A DNA stretch of 64,000 nt, taken from positions 3,472,001 to 3,536,000 of the forward strand of contig CATNEN010000041.1 in assembly GCA_950097015.1 (NCBI GenBank). The letters are read 5' to 3'. Source of the stretch: Macrostomum hystrix (lineage: Eukaryota; Animalia; Platyhelminthes). The notes beneath the pieces are model-generated. The model worked only from the letters and a program-made list of their open reading frames with translations. It did not search any database and was not told where the DNA came from. The translations under genes were made by a program, and so were the position numbers. Positions 45,001-55,606 of the stretch are shown one piece after another; within the stretch, counting starts at the first letter, position 1; each line of letters begins with the position of its first letter.

Positions 45001-47928
45001 ATCTTTCGAACATAATGTGTTTCTTTTTAAGGGAATCGATCTTGTACTAGTTCAGTGTAAACAGTATACGCAACCGAGGCATCGCGTACTTTGATACTAT
45101 TTCAGCTTAATCAGCAGCAGGCATCCGAGGCAATGAGTACTTTGAAACTATGTCAGCATAATAACCAGAAGGCATCCGAGGCATCGCGTACTTTGATACT
45201 ATTTCAGCTTAATCAGCAGCAGGCATCCGAGGCAATGAGTACTTTGAAACTATGTCAGCATAATAACCAGAAGGCATCCGAGGCATCGCGTACTTTTTCA
45301 GATTATTCAAATTTCAGATTTTTCAGATTTCAGATACTATTTCAGATTAATCAGCAGCAGGTGTTTTAGGCAGTGAGTACTTTGATACTAGCTCAGCCTA
45401 ATAAGCAGCAGGTGTTTTAGGCAGTGAGTACTTTGATACTAGCTCAGCCTAATCAGCAGTGCAGTGTTTTAGACTAAAATCATGGCAACTCACTGGGGCA
45501 CATAGTCTTGTTACAGACTTCCGTATCATTTTCTGGCCCGATGCAATATAGACCGCCGTTCGTTGGCGTCGGGTTCGTGCACGTGCGGCTGCGGCTTCGG
45601 CTGCCAAGAGAGCAACTAACACTGCAAGCGCCCCACTGTGACCAGTCGCTCCAATTTCCGTTCACTGAAGTTTATGTTAGGTAAATGGCTGTCTAGGATT
45701 AGTATTATCTTCTAAGTTTCCTTTAAAATATCCGGTGGGCTGAATTGTACGATACAGAAGCACAAAATTCATATGCTAACAAACCGCTTTGTTCAATAAA
45801 CAACACAGAATTCTATTGTCTTTTTGATCTCAAATAGTGGCATCAAAACAGGCTTCGCAACTGTCTCAGCAAAAAGCTTAGCTATAATTTTTTATGTAGT
45901 CATAAAAATTTTTTATGTATTATGTATTATGTAGTTGTAATGTATTTTTTTTTGTAGTCATCTTTCTTCAAGTAAATCGGAAATCCACAAGACTTACCTG
46001 CGCAGATAACATTAGACTTGCACGGCTTATTTTCACCGGATGAACCTTCACATGCCTTGCCAGCGTTCACCTTAGGCGGATTGTTGGCGTATCGGACCCG
46101 AGTTTGCGTCCAGCCCAAGTCGCAGGAACCACCGCAGGGGTACCAAATAGACCATGCACTCCAACCGCAATCCACTGCAAAAATACTAAATATTTTTGCT
46201 CGCTGATAGAACATCTTATGGCATGTTTCAAGAAGCAAGCATCCCCAGCCATTTCGACACTACCCTGTCGCGGCCTATTTACTGAATGTTTACAAACTTT
46301 TTATTTACTGGATGCGAGCGGGTTAAGAAGATGCTTCGATTGGAAGCTTGACTAAGAAGGAGAAGGAAGTATAGGGACAAAAAGTTTTCCGATTAACTGC
46401 TGGTCTGCAGCATAATCAGATTGAGACTATTTTTTACTATTGTCGGCTATTGACGCAATAATATTTGAATCTCTTGAATAAATATATTATTCGCTTACGG
46501 TTGAAGGTGATGTCAACCGGTTGACGAACAACTTGTGTTTCGTTGTTGACAACTCTGGTGGTTTCGCTGTAAACCACAATCTGAAGAACAGTGTAGAAAT
46601 CAGGGCGATTCTATTAAAAGTAAAGTATACTTTTTACCGCATGATAGGACCAATCTCTTTACAATTCACAACCGGAACGGAAAAGCATGAAGCTACTTAA
46701 AAAACAATTCTGCGATACTTTTTTATATAAAGCATTTCGCACTCGTTGACAAAGGGCATTCGGGTTTTTACATTGATTATACCTTTTAAAAAGGCTAATG
46801 TTGAGGCAATCATTCGAGTTTTTTTTAAATATAGTGAAGCACAGAAATATGGGATTCAGCATTCGGCTTTCGCCGAGGGCTGCCGCGCGCTACCAAGTTG
46901 AAATCGTTGGAAACCCGAGCGGCGAGCACCCAACAACGGACTTGCTTGGCAAAGTCCCTCTACATCTTACACGAAATCTACGTGACATTTAAGCGAATAA
47001 GGTTTAAATATGATATAAAAAATGCACATTATTCTGAAAACAAGCTTCTTAAATAAATCCATGCAGAGTCAGAGCAGACAGGCTTACGCTGACGATTTCC
47101 CAGGCGGAAGCGTAGGAGTCCTGGCTGACCTTCACAGTGCTAATGTAACCCAGTGCTCCTCGAAAGAGCCCGTCGATTACGTCGACTCTGTGAGTAATGT
47201 TGGCAGTGGTAACATTGTAAAACACCAAGTTTATGGGACTAAACAATTGTGCCACAATAATTTTGTTGATGCTAACGGCTTTAGGAGATCAGCATGCACG
47301 CCTGAACCATATGCTCATGATATAATACTCAATTTTAAACAGCACAACACACCAAACAATATACGACTGTAGACCACACCGTCCTAGACTGAAGTCCATA
47401 ATGGGCTTCTTAGAAGAAAACTTGTTCAAATATATGCTTAGAATTGTAATAAGATGGATAAAATGAAAATGCAACTCACTTTCCCGGGGTGAACATGCCT
47501 GAAATGAGCTGATCAGAGCTGTCCGAGTTCACGCTCTGCTGTGGCGAGTCTCCTACCAGACCAATAAGCGTCAGGAAGACCTTGTTGCTCGTCCCGGTTC
47601 TGCCGGTCTTGATCACCAGGGTGTAGGACTCTGGAAGGAAAATGGCGGTCTATCTCGAAAACTCATTTGAAACCTAAAATACATTCCAAATTATCAATGC
47701 ATTATAAAAGCAATAATAAATTGCGAATACTGATTATCCAGAGTGCACACGAACAGTATCTGCATGAGAGACAATCGAATTTAGTGATCGAGCAACGATT
47801 CTGCAATCGCTATTTTGCACAAGTACACGAAAGCAAGCCTCACCCTCTCTGGCCTGACAGTTGACTGCTGGTAGCAGAAGCAACAGTTGCAGCAGCGGCA
47901 GCAGCATTGGAAGCAGCACCCGCAGCAT
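21083..47928 (-). CDS. Polycystin-1-like (PKD1L-type) receptor/channel subunit with N-terminal PLAT-like domain and 13 TSP1 repeats
   Basis: Exons high to low: 47928-47844 (signal peptide); 47630-47480, 47238-47088, 46580-46499 (PLAT-like); TSP1 exons 46174-45998, 45664-45494, 44967-44797, 40697-40527, 40281-40111, 39570-39400, 39080-38739 (double), 38503-38333, 32067-31897, 31616-31446, 30947-30777, 30698-~30384; small exon(s) ~30345-30090 uncertain; GAIN 29935-29594, 29453-29295, 29195-28524 (GPS + TM1); PLAT 28024-27699; 27535-26794; 26502-26103; 25092-24771; 24597-24173 ([23 protein letters not shown]); 23865-23370 (LKFLGFNRH, pore region); 22371-22280; 22193-22110; 21794-21475; 21157-21083 (stop). 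Phases were checked at nearly all junctions; the PLAT-to-TSP1 link and the 30.1-30.4 kb region are less certain. Confidence 0.92.
22735..22910. repeat. 15-bp minisatellite (GTCAATCTTGATTGC, about 11 copies)
   Basis: Direct reading; produces the spurious VNLDC / SILIA ORFs. Confidence 0.92.
22915..23125. repeat. 47-bp tandem repeat, about 4.5 copies
   Basis: Unit ATGACACAATTTGTTTACTATGGGATGAGATGGGAGTATCGTGCTCT. Confidence 0.92.
25349..25707 (+). mobile_element. tRNA-derived SINE (~360 bp) with (ATT)n tail and 12-bp TSD
   Basis: A-box TGGCAGAGCGG (25354-25364), B-box-like AGTTCGATTCC (25398-25408), tail ATTATTATTATTATT, and the direct repeat ATTGACACAAAG at 25337-25348 and 25704-25715. Confidence 0.8.
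31075..31302 (+). mobile_element. LINE AP-endonuclease fragment ending in a telomeric tract (31282-31302)
   Basis: [43 protein letters not shown] resembles an RTE/L2 endonuclease segment; it stops shortly before CCCTATCCCTAACCCTAACCC. Confidence 0.55.
32061..35407. repeat. 49-bp tandem array (about 69 copies, some 47 bp) containing the acceptor site of TSP1 exon 32067-31897
   Basis: Unit on +: CCGTTCACTACAGAGATGGAGAGGTTTTCTAGTTCGGGGTTCATCTAAT; the first unit overlaps the exon's first 7 nt and its AG. Confidence 0.97.
35520..36523 (-). mobile_element. 5'-truncated Penelope-like retroelement (GIY-YIG region) with an inverted terminal segment and 13-bp TSD
   Basis: ORF 36418-35789: NGYPKNYI...LPFIG...[30 protein letters not shown]...[14 protein letters not shown] (YIG changed to YVE). 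61-bp inverted repeat at 35562-35622 and 36466-36526 (1 mismatch). TCTTCTCTTAATG at 35507-35519 and 36524-36536. Confidence 0.88.
35592..35630 (-). ncRNA. Minimal type I hammerhead ribozyme motif in the PLE terminal repeat
   Basis: Minus strand: CTGACGA-T-GTCC GCTTA GGAC-GAAA-AGCT-TC, i.e. catalytic core, stem II, palindromic loop III and UC cleavage site; stem I shows only about 2 bp. Confidence 0.65.
36875..38214 (+). mobile_element. Mariner (DD34D) transposon with intact 342-aa transposase ORF 37119-38147
   Basis: [21 protein letters not shown]-x34-D and YSPDF motifs; perfect 23-bp inverted repeat GGGTGTCCGGAAAGTCATGAGAA at 36875-36897 and 38192-38214. Confidence 0.93.
40729..42995. repeat. 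~2.3-kb two-unit minisatellite (24-25 bp and 35-37 bp units interspersed)
   Basis: Units GGGAACCAGCGGGGCTTGGCTTT(N) and GGGAACCAGCGACTGGATGGGCCTGGCTTGGCTTT(N). Confidence 0.95.
43245..43975. repeat. 22-bp minisatellite
   Basis: Unit GGTGATTCTGTTGGGTACCGTT, about 33 copies with variants. Confidence 0.93.
45070..45470. repeat. ~51-bp degenerate tandem repeat with one ~105-bp duplication
   Basis: Recurrent GAGTACTTTGA(T/A)ACTA...TCAG...TAAT...CAGCAG block. Confidence 0.75.
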
Positions 47929-48970
47929 TTCAATGGACTCGTCAGGTTGATAATGTAGAGGTACTTTCGTGGATAAAGAAATAACTTCAGAAGCTGTTTG
48001 AAAAGAGTTTGGTAACGGAGATCGAGTCTGCGCTCAAAGAAATAGACTTAAAAAGATGCTGAGTGACTCATCAATAATTCAACCTGCAAATTGAGTCCAA
48101 CACCAGTCTCATTTTTTATTTAGAGACATAACGATATTCTAAATTTTACAGTTTGTTTTGGAAACCCACCTGCAGTACAGCTATGGATGATTACCTTGGC
48201 AACAGGCGGAGCAGGCGAGGAGCAGGCGAGGAGCACAACCCCCTAGTTTCTCGATTTGGATGCAAGAGTTTAATTTTGATGCCAACAACAGAGAAATCTG
48301 TTGTTGGCAACCACCCGTGAACTGTCTGAAGTTTAGAGGGCCAGGCTGAGATTGACTGAATTATTCAGCACGTGGTAGAACGAACACAGCTATGGGACAG
48401 TACAGGATCAACTGCAAATTCAGTTGCAAAATGAATCATCGATTTGTATGATCATAATATGTAGCTGCGTTTTGACAAATAATTTAAAACTTTTACTCTA
48501 TAATGAGTTCGGTTCACTTCTTTGTGTAAACCAGCAAAGCTAGTATTTCAAGTAAGGTAAGGTAAACACTTAAAGGTATTTTTCGCATTTTCGCGAGACG
48601 GCAATTGATAGCATGTAATTTGTGAAAGTAAGCTGCTTCGTAAACAAAGAATGCTTGAATTTGCTTGGTCCTTAAAGGATCCTTAAATGCCTTTTCCAGC
48701 TCAATTTAATTTCGTTAGTTGAGAGAGCGTGATTTTAACCATCTCCCGGGGGCAATAATTAAGCTGCCTTCTTCCCATTTCATCGAAAAAAACGTTAAAA
48801 ACGTACCAGGAGGTAAGTGTTATCGTAGTCTGCTTGTTCTGTCCTGCACATATAGCGGGTAGTAAAGTGGGCATCAAGATCATTAAGATCAAGATCAGGA
48901 AAACAGAAATCGGAAAAATGTGGAAAAAGACGGACACATAGGGGCCGTAGGCAGAAAGCTCAGTCTAGGG

Positions 48971-49618
48971 CAGGGGTCAGCAAACTTATTAGCTAGCGAG
49001 CCAAAGAGAGAACCAAAAAGACGGGGGCCGCATTGACTAGAAATTTGAGACAGGGGAGAGATGAGACACAGGAGAGATGATACACGGAAGTTAAACGATA
49101 CGATTTAAACGATTTTAATCGATATATTTAACTTCGAATATTTAGCTAGCAACGCTATAAAAGCATAAATTGAAAGGAAAACAAGCTGCGAAATCACTAA
49201 GCAGAAATTAAAAACAACAGGCAGGAATGAGGCTTAACGGGGCTGAGCACAATGCTAAATAACCAGGCCGACACAGCCACCCCACGCACGAAAACCCCCA
49301 CCGCGCCCCAAACGGGCAGACCGGCGAACGCACGCAGCACACCCAGCCGTCTAAATCTACTTACCGACTGAACGGCGGCAAAGAGTACAAGATGAGACAC
49401 GAGAGAGATGAGACACGGGAGAGAGGAGACATGGGAGAGATGAGACAGGGGAGAGATGAGACACAGGAGAGATGAGACGCGGGATAGGTAAGACTGAGGA
49501 AAGATGAGACAGGGGAAAGATAAAACAGGATATTGTAGGTGTCAGAAGGGGCAACGGGTCGGCTTTTCGAGCTTCGAGGGCCGCATCAGGACCTCGGGCC
49601 GAAGTTTGCCGACCCCTG
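48971..49618. mobile_element. Non-autonomous hAT element (MITE-like, 648 bp)
   Basis: TIRs CAGGGGTCAGCAAACTT / AAGTTTGCCGACCCCTG (16/17 match); 8-bp TSD GTCTAGGG / GTCTATGG (7/8); internal GAGATGAGACAC repeats. Confidence 0.88.
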
Positions 49619-49787
49619 GTCTATGGTATAGTCTATTCTTGGATTTGGTATGCAGAAACGCAAAGCCAGCCGAGTCTACCATGCATAAAAGTCTGGGCTG
49701 GACAAGGACTCATCGTCCGGGGAAGTAAGAATTAGCTATATCAGAGACACAGACGCTAAGGCACAAGAAGATCGGGCACTCGGAATC

Positions 49788-49802
49788 GGGTTAGGGTTAG
49801 GG
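49788..49802 (+). repeat. Short interstitial telomeric tract
   Basis: GGGTTAGGGTTAGGG. Confidence 0.85.
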
Positions 49803-50325
49803 TGCTAAAATGCTAAGATGCTAAGACGCTAAGATAGAAGATCGAGAAAAAAACGCTGGAAAGAATTGGACACATTGTATAAAGGATGGACAACAACAGG
49901 ACAGTCAAGGCAGCTGTTTAACTCGTCGTTCAACTCATTCTTCTAGTGCTAGCTCTCCGTCTCAGCTCTGTATCTCACGCTGGATCTTCTCGTACTATCC
50001 CTGCTTTCTTTTTAGGCAGTAGGCAATTAATCAATTGTTTTCAAATTATGAAAATTCCACGTGCCTTGCATGAAAGCCCGTTGACCCTAGAGTAGCTTCT
50101 CTTTAGCGTGAGGAGGAAGCAATCGATTCCCATGGCATCAAGCCTGATCCATGCAAATAAAAAACGACTCAGGAAAAAGTCTGTCAGGCCCGATAGATTG
50201 CGTGATGCAAGCAGAGAGATGAATTATGCCAGGAATCGGCAAAAATTTCTCCGTGCGAGGCGGATATATAAATATACAGGGTGACCGAGACCTAGATGCT
50301 AAGACCTGACCGAGTCAATTTTAGA

Positions 50326-52488
50326 ATGACCACAGCAAGCAGAAGGCCACTGTTAATCGCGATCATTTTGACCCTATGTCTTCTGCTGCTTTTGCTGCAA
50401 TTATTACTTTTGGGTCGGCGGGCCCCAGGCTCGGAGCCGGAAGAATCTGGATTAGTTGCTGATCTGTTTGATTCCATCATCGCCCTTTGGGCGCGGCAAG
50501 CAAACCCCGGAAGCGACCCTTACAGCTCGCCGTGTTTGTTTTCTGCGCAGTCCGGCTGGCTACAGATGCTACTACAGCCTGATACTGACTGCAGCCACTG
50601 CGCCAACCTCACGGACTTGCCGGAACTGCAGCCCGGTCCTGGAGGCAATGACGTTGTCAGTCCGGATCGCTTCCGTTCAGAATTTATAGAGCGAAACGTG
50701 CCAGTCGTTGTGCGCGGTGGCGCTGCGAATTGGCCCGCGGTAACCGGAGGCCTTGGCCTCGGTCTGCTGCGCCACCTGTACCGGGAAGGTGGACGGGGTC
50801 GGCGTACGCGCGATGAGGTCCAGCCCGATTTCGGCAGCGGAGCCAGTGTGCTGTGTCAGATGTTTGATTATAAAAGCCAGTTCCCGACGCTAGGCCACTT
50901 CTTTCGCTGGTCCCGAGAGCCGGATAACCTGAGTCGCGGCTCATGGTATGTTGGCTGGTAAGTCTCACGACTAAGTGTGGTGACGTGACTATGGTTGCGG
51001 TTAGCTGAGGCAGGTGTGTTGTGCACCTGCCTAGCGCGTTATCTAATTATTTAGAATGTACAGCGTGTATGCGCTTTACCATTCTCTCCCGTGTGCTCCA
51101 TTTCTAATACTGCTATCGATTCGTTAAATATATACGAGCTCGTACATAAGTCACTGTGTCATCTTGTTGAAAGGCTGATTTTCGTAAGTCGGCTTCCCGC
51201 AAAAGGCCGCCGATAAGCCCATCCGCCTCGAAGCGCGCCGCGCCATTGCCGCCAAATGCAGCTGCAGGGGCTACCGCAGTGGAGTGTGTTGTGACTTCAC
51301 CATCAACTAAATCCGCCGCGCGATCAACGCGCGGCGGTCGCCACCTGGGCCCGACGGGGTGTCCAACACCTTGCTGAAGCACCTCCCCATGTTTGCGACT
51401 AGGACGAGAGACTTTAAAGCTTACGCCGCCGACCCACACTGCGCAACGCACCGAAACGCGAGCAAGGACGCGAGCTTGAACGTGGTCACCAGCCGCGTCC
51501 ACGCTGACCTGCTAGCACAGCTCCTTACAGGCCACTTGCCAGCCCTCAAGAGCTCGGCTCGGGCTCGACGCTACCGACAACAGCACGCACAGAGGGCAAG
51601 CGGCGGAGGACGTTCAGTGCCTTCTTATAGACTGTCAAGCCCACGCCGCAGCCGGTCGCCGGCACCTGGCAAAAACTCGACGCTGGCCGTCCTCACCACC
51701 AAAGGCCCCCGCGTCCTTTCCTTCCTGTGCGAGATCGGGGCCGTGACTTGCCCCCCGGAGGGATACAACCGGCCGGAATAAACAACAACAACAGCCGCTA
51801 CCACCTGCGCCAGCGGGAGCGGCCCTGGAGTCGGAAGCCGAGTCGTTCGGGTAACCGGCGGCAGCGGAAATGGTGACAGCTGCAGCAGCCAGGCTATTGT
51901 GCACCTGCCCGGGCGTATTATCTTTTTTTAGAATGTACCGTGTGTACGCGCTTTTACCCTTCTCCCCCATGTGCACGTGCGGAGTCAGTAGCTCCACCCG
52001 TAATAGCGCAATCGATTTGTTAAATATATAAGTCGCTGTGTCATCTCGTTCAGAGGCAGATTTTCATCCTACAATCTAAGCAGAGTCTTTACAACTAATT
52101 AAACAAGAACACGGACATTTTTGTTGAAATAAAAGCTTTTTATGGAGGCCGAATGCAGTTACAATAATATATTTGCGAAAATACTACGAGTGGTGGAGAT
52201 AAGCGTCAAATGCTGTATACCTGGTCGAGTATACCTAGTTGTTCATGCATCATTCGGATCTGCAAGTTTCGTAAGCTTGTATGCTGATTACGAGGACATG
52301 AGCCAGAACATACAAATTCCGTTCGTACAGCCCACTGAACTCAAAAACACAGGAACGTATGCAACCAACGTGTCGCCAGGCAACTAAGGCGGCTATATAA
52401 GAGGCCCAGCTTCCTGGCCAACGATAGCGAGCATGGAGCCACCGAGTGGATCTTTGTTGGCGGTAGCGGCAAAGGAGCTCCAGCGCAT
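50326..52488 (+). CDS. Signal-anchored cupin/JmjC-like domain protein, 3'-incomplete; exons 50326 (or 50296)-50957 and 52380-52488
   Basis: N-terminal hydrophobic stretch; PDRFRSEFIERNVPVVVRGGAANWPA, SWYVGW and LRRLYKRPSFLANDSEHGATEWIFVGGSGKGAPAH resemble Cupin_8/JmjC-like proteins. Phase-2 junction fits. No later exons were found in the window. Confidence 0.7.
51190..51600 (+). mobile_element. Internally deleted LINE remnant
   Basis: FTIN*IRRAINARRSPPGPDGVSNTLLKHLP (the PGxDG motif before RT) joined to an LLAQLLTGH C-terminal-like segment. Confidence 0.55.
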
Positions 52489-52943
52489 GTAAGAGCTTTG
52501 CAGTTTTTAGGCAGAAATTCCGGTATGCTTATACCAAGGGGGCGCTATGGAATGCATACTCGTACATGAGATACCGTCATGTACGAGTATTATTATCTAC
52601 ACAGATAATACGAGGTATATACCCTAGATAGGTCACTTCGTAAAACTTTCTTGCACACTACTTCTATGACCGACTTATAATTATTAGTGTAAATAGCATA
52701 TTAAGTAATTGTGTAGAACAGTTAAAATCACTTGGACTAAAAAAGTTATTGCTTACAACAAAAAACTCGCTTCTTTGCTGCAAAAAGAAGCGTGAATGTT
52801 AAGTTTCGTTTTTCGCCATTACTTATCGCTTTTGCTTCTCTCTTGTTTCGTTTTTACTCCGTTTCGATTCGTCATAAAGTGATTAGTTTCGATTAAAATA
52901 TAAAATATAAAAAAAAATCAGCACCTCTTTTAAGTTTGCGATT

Positions 52944-53790
52944 TGTGTGCTGGTGTACTGTTACCGTAATCGTATTCAGTTGACAGGACGGCCCCCCTGT
53001 GTGCGTGTGCTTTGTGCCGGGTGGGGCGGGAGTGTGGGGTGGCGGGTGCATGGTGGCCGGCCTATTTTAGCGCGTGCGGGGTGTTGGGTATTTAACACAG
53101 TGTTTGAATTTTGTAACAAGCATATGGGTTCTGCGACCCATTAACTCTATATTTATAGCTCGTATTAATTTGCATGCACGTGGTGAGCAAGTGTTACACA
53201 TGTCGGGGCTGCAAATTGGCATTGCACATCAATAGAGAACAAAATAGCGAAGCGATCGCGTGGCCCACAACACCCTCCCTACATGGGATTCCCGATCACA
53301 ATCACGTCATGCCGTAGTCTACTCGTAGCACTCACGTATCGCTTTGCCGGTCAATCTAATATGTACATATATCACTAACTCTCGCTCACTATGTACATGC
53401 ACCCCACGCGCACGTTGATCGTATCGGTGGCACATTGAGGCAAATATATAAATACAGTCTCGCCCCACCTGGAGGGCTCACATTTTTCTTCGCACCTCAC
53501 ACAGCTTGACTTTTGAGCTATTACACTATTCACTTCCGTCAGCGTCAGTCTGTCAGTTCGGGTACCGAATAGGTGCTTGGCGCACGCGATTCGACTTCTC
53601 GACTAGGCCGTCATCGCGCTCTGCCGGCGGCTCCATCGGGCCAGTACTTAACCCGCTGTCGCTGAAGTTTACGTTCGAAGCCGGCTCGTAGCTGTCTGGG
53701 GCCAGGGCGCAGCGGCGTAGGTGCCATCGCTTGCCGTTCTCGAGGACGACCGTCGTTTTAGGAACCAAACTGCAGCCGCGTCTTCGTCGC
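52944..53790 (-). mobile_element. Gypsy 3' remnant: integrase tail, PPT and ~330-bp LTR
   Basis: VVLENGKRWHLRRC...RVRQAPIRYPN; PPT AGGGAGGG (53280-53273) directly followed by TGTTGT; LTR contains TATAAAT and ends in CA near 52944. Confidence 0.7.
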
Positions 53791-53799
53791 CGTTCCACC

Positions 53800-55090
53800 C
53801 ACCAAAGTGGCCAAGAGCTGCAGAACCTCCTTCCAGGCCCGCGGGGCCACTATCTTCTCTCTCGGGAACCTCGGCTTTCTGTATTTTTTCGTTCGCGGAT
53901 CAGCGACGGCCGGCTTCTCTGATCCGTTTGCTTTTGCTCCTCGCCGGCATTGAACCTAAACCGGGCCCTGCCACCTGGTCATGCAGCGTGGCAAGCAGTG
54001 GCCCTAACTCCAGCGGCCCTATCACTCTTGGTCACGTCAAAAAAACTCGAGCGACTTCAAAGTTCTTCAAATCAACCATAATGGCATTAGCGGCAAATGT
54101 GACGACCTCAGCCATCCTCTCAGGTGCAGACAGATTGACGTGGCGGCCGTGCAGAAACCAAGCTGCGGCCCAACTTCACATCGACGGCTACGAAGTCATT
54201 AGGGTTGAGAGGCAGCACAACAAAGGCGGTGGCCTGTGCATCCTCGTCAAATCTGGCCTCAACTACCATTCCATTGTCAAGCTTCCTAGCCATGCTACTC
54301 AACCTGCCGAACGCCTGTCCGTTACCATCGTTTCCGGGCAATACAGCCTACGCATTCACAACTGCTATGTCCCACCTGCCAGTTCCTGTCCTGCGGATTA
54401 TCAGCTCGAGCATGCGTCGTTCCTGGAGAATACCTCGGTCGGGACTTAGCAACTTCAATGCACACAATGTTGTTTGGCACTCGCTCCTCTCAGACTCTCG
54501 GAGAGACAGGCTGGCCGAATTCTTCCTGGAACAAAGCATCGCTTTCCTCAACGAAGATGCCCCCACGCGGCTTCCTCAGTCCGGGCAACTAACCTCTACG
54601 GACATCAGCCTCGCCACCTTAGACATCTTTATGTCATGCGAGTGGGAGACCCTTGTCACGTTGGGCTCGGATCATATGCCAATCCTGCTTACCATTAACG
54701 CCATGGAGTCCGCGGTGCCCGCTACTCAACGCTCGTTTATCAACTTTAAGAAGGCGAACCGGGAGAAGTTCACATAGCTCGTACGACCTCATTCGTGTGA
54801 ACAACCCACAGTCGGAAGACATTGCCATAATTCAAGATGAAATCAACCAGATCTGCTCCAACATCCGCCGTGCGAATAGGAGGGAAAAACTTGAGCATGT
54901 CAGCATCAAGCACCAAGTCTCCGAACTGTGGCGAACTATCAAGAATCTTAATGGAAAAGGCCGCAACGAAAACTGTGCAGGCATCATTTTGACGAGCTCC
55001 CTCTTACCGACCCAAAGCGTATTGCAAAGGCCTTCAACAAGCAGTTCTTTGATCAAACTCACCCGGCCACCTCATGAGACAGAAGCCTAA
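53800..55090 (+). mobile_element. Decayed LINE 5' half (2A-like peptide + AP endonuclease)
   Basis: LLLLLAGIEPKPGP, then GYEVIRVER...GGGLCILVK, IHNCYVPP, NFNAHNVVW, LGSDHMPIL, NFKKAN and ELWRTIKNL across frameshifts. Confidence 0.8.
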
Positions 55091-55606
55091 AAAGGGAAAT
55101 CATACACTCCCTAGCAGCTTTCTGCTCACGTCCAGGGACGTCACGTTGGCCATCACGTTGGCAGGAGGTATGTCCCCGTCAGCCAACGGGGAAATACGAT
55201 GGTCTGCCCACTGGGCGCCATTCCGAAGGACAGCTCCGGCATGCGGCAGATTCACGACTGCTCTGTCCCACGCGGCTGTAGCCTCATCGATCACAACGCG
55301 CAGCAGCAGACTCCGCTTCACATCAGTCGACCAGGCCATCAGGATGATGCAACCGGGCTGGTTCATGGCGAAAGTTGGCATCACTTTGGCCTATCCCAGA
55401 GTGGGCATCTCCCCGCAGTTCTATCAAGCCACCGGAATCCACTGGGACTCCGGCAACGGCTGCCCAGTCTTCCTGGTGGACACTCGCCTTCCGTTCGGCA
55501 GTCGCGCTTCCGTGTCCGTCTTTCATCGTCTTACACAGACTGTCCAATGGGTGATGTGCCGCAAGGGATTCCTCGCTACCATCGTGTTTATCGACGATTT
55601 TCTCGT

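Noticed and set aside
53805-53885. Possible HDV-like ribozyme upstream of the second 2A-like peptide
   Set aside because: Only weak P2/P3-like pairing; L3 and J4/2 do not fit and the copy is heavily decayed.
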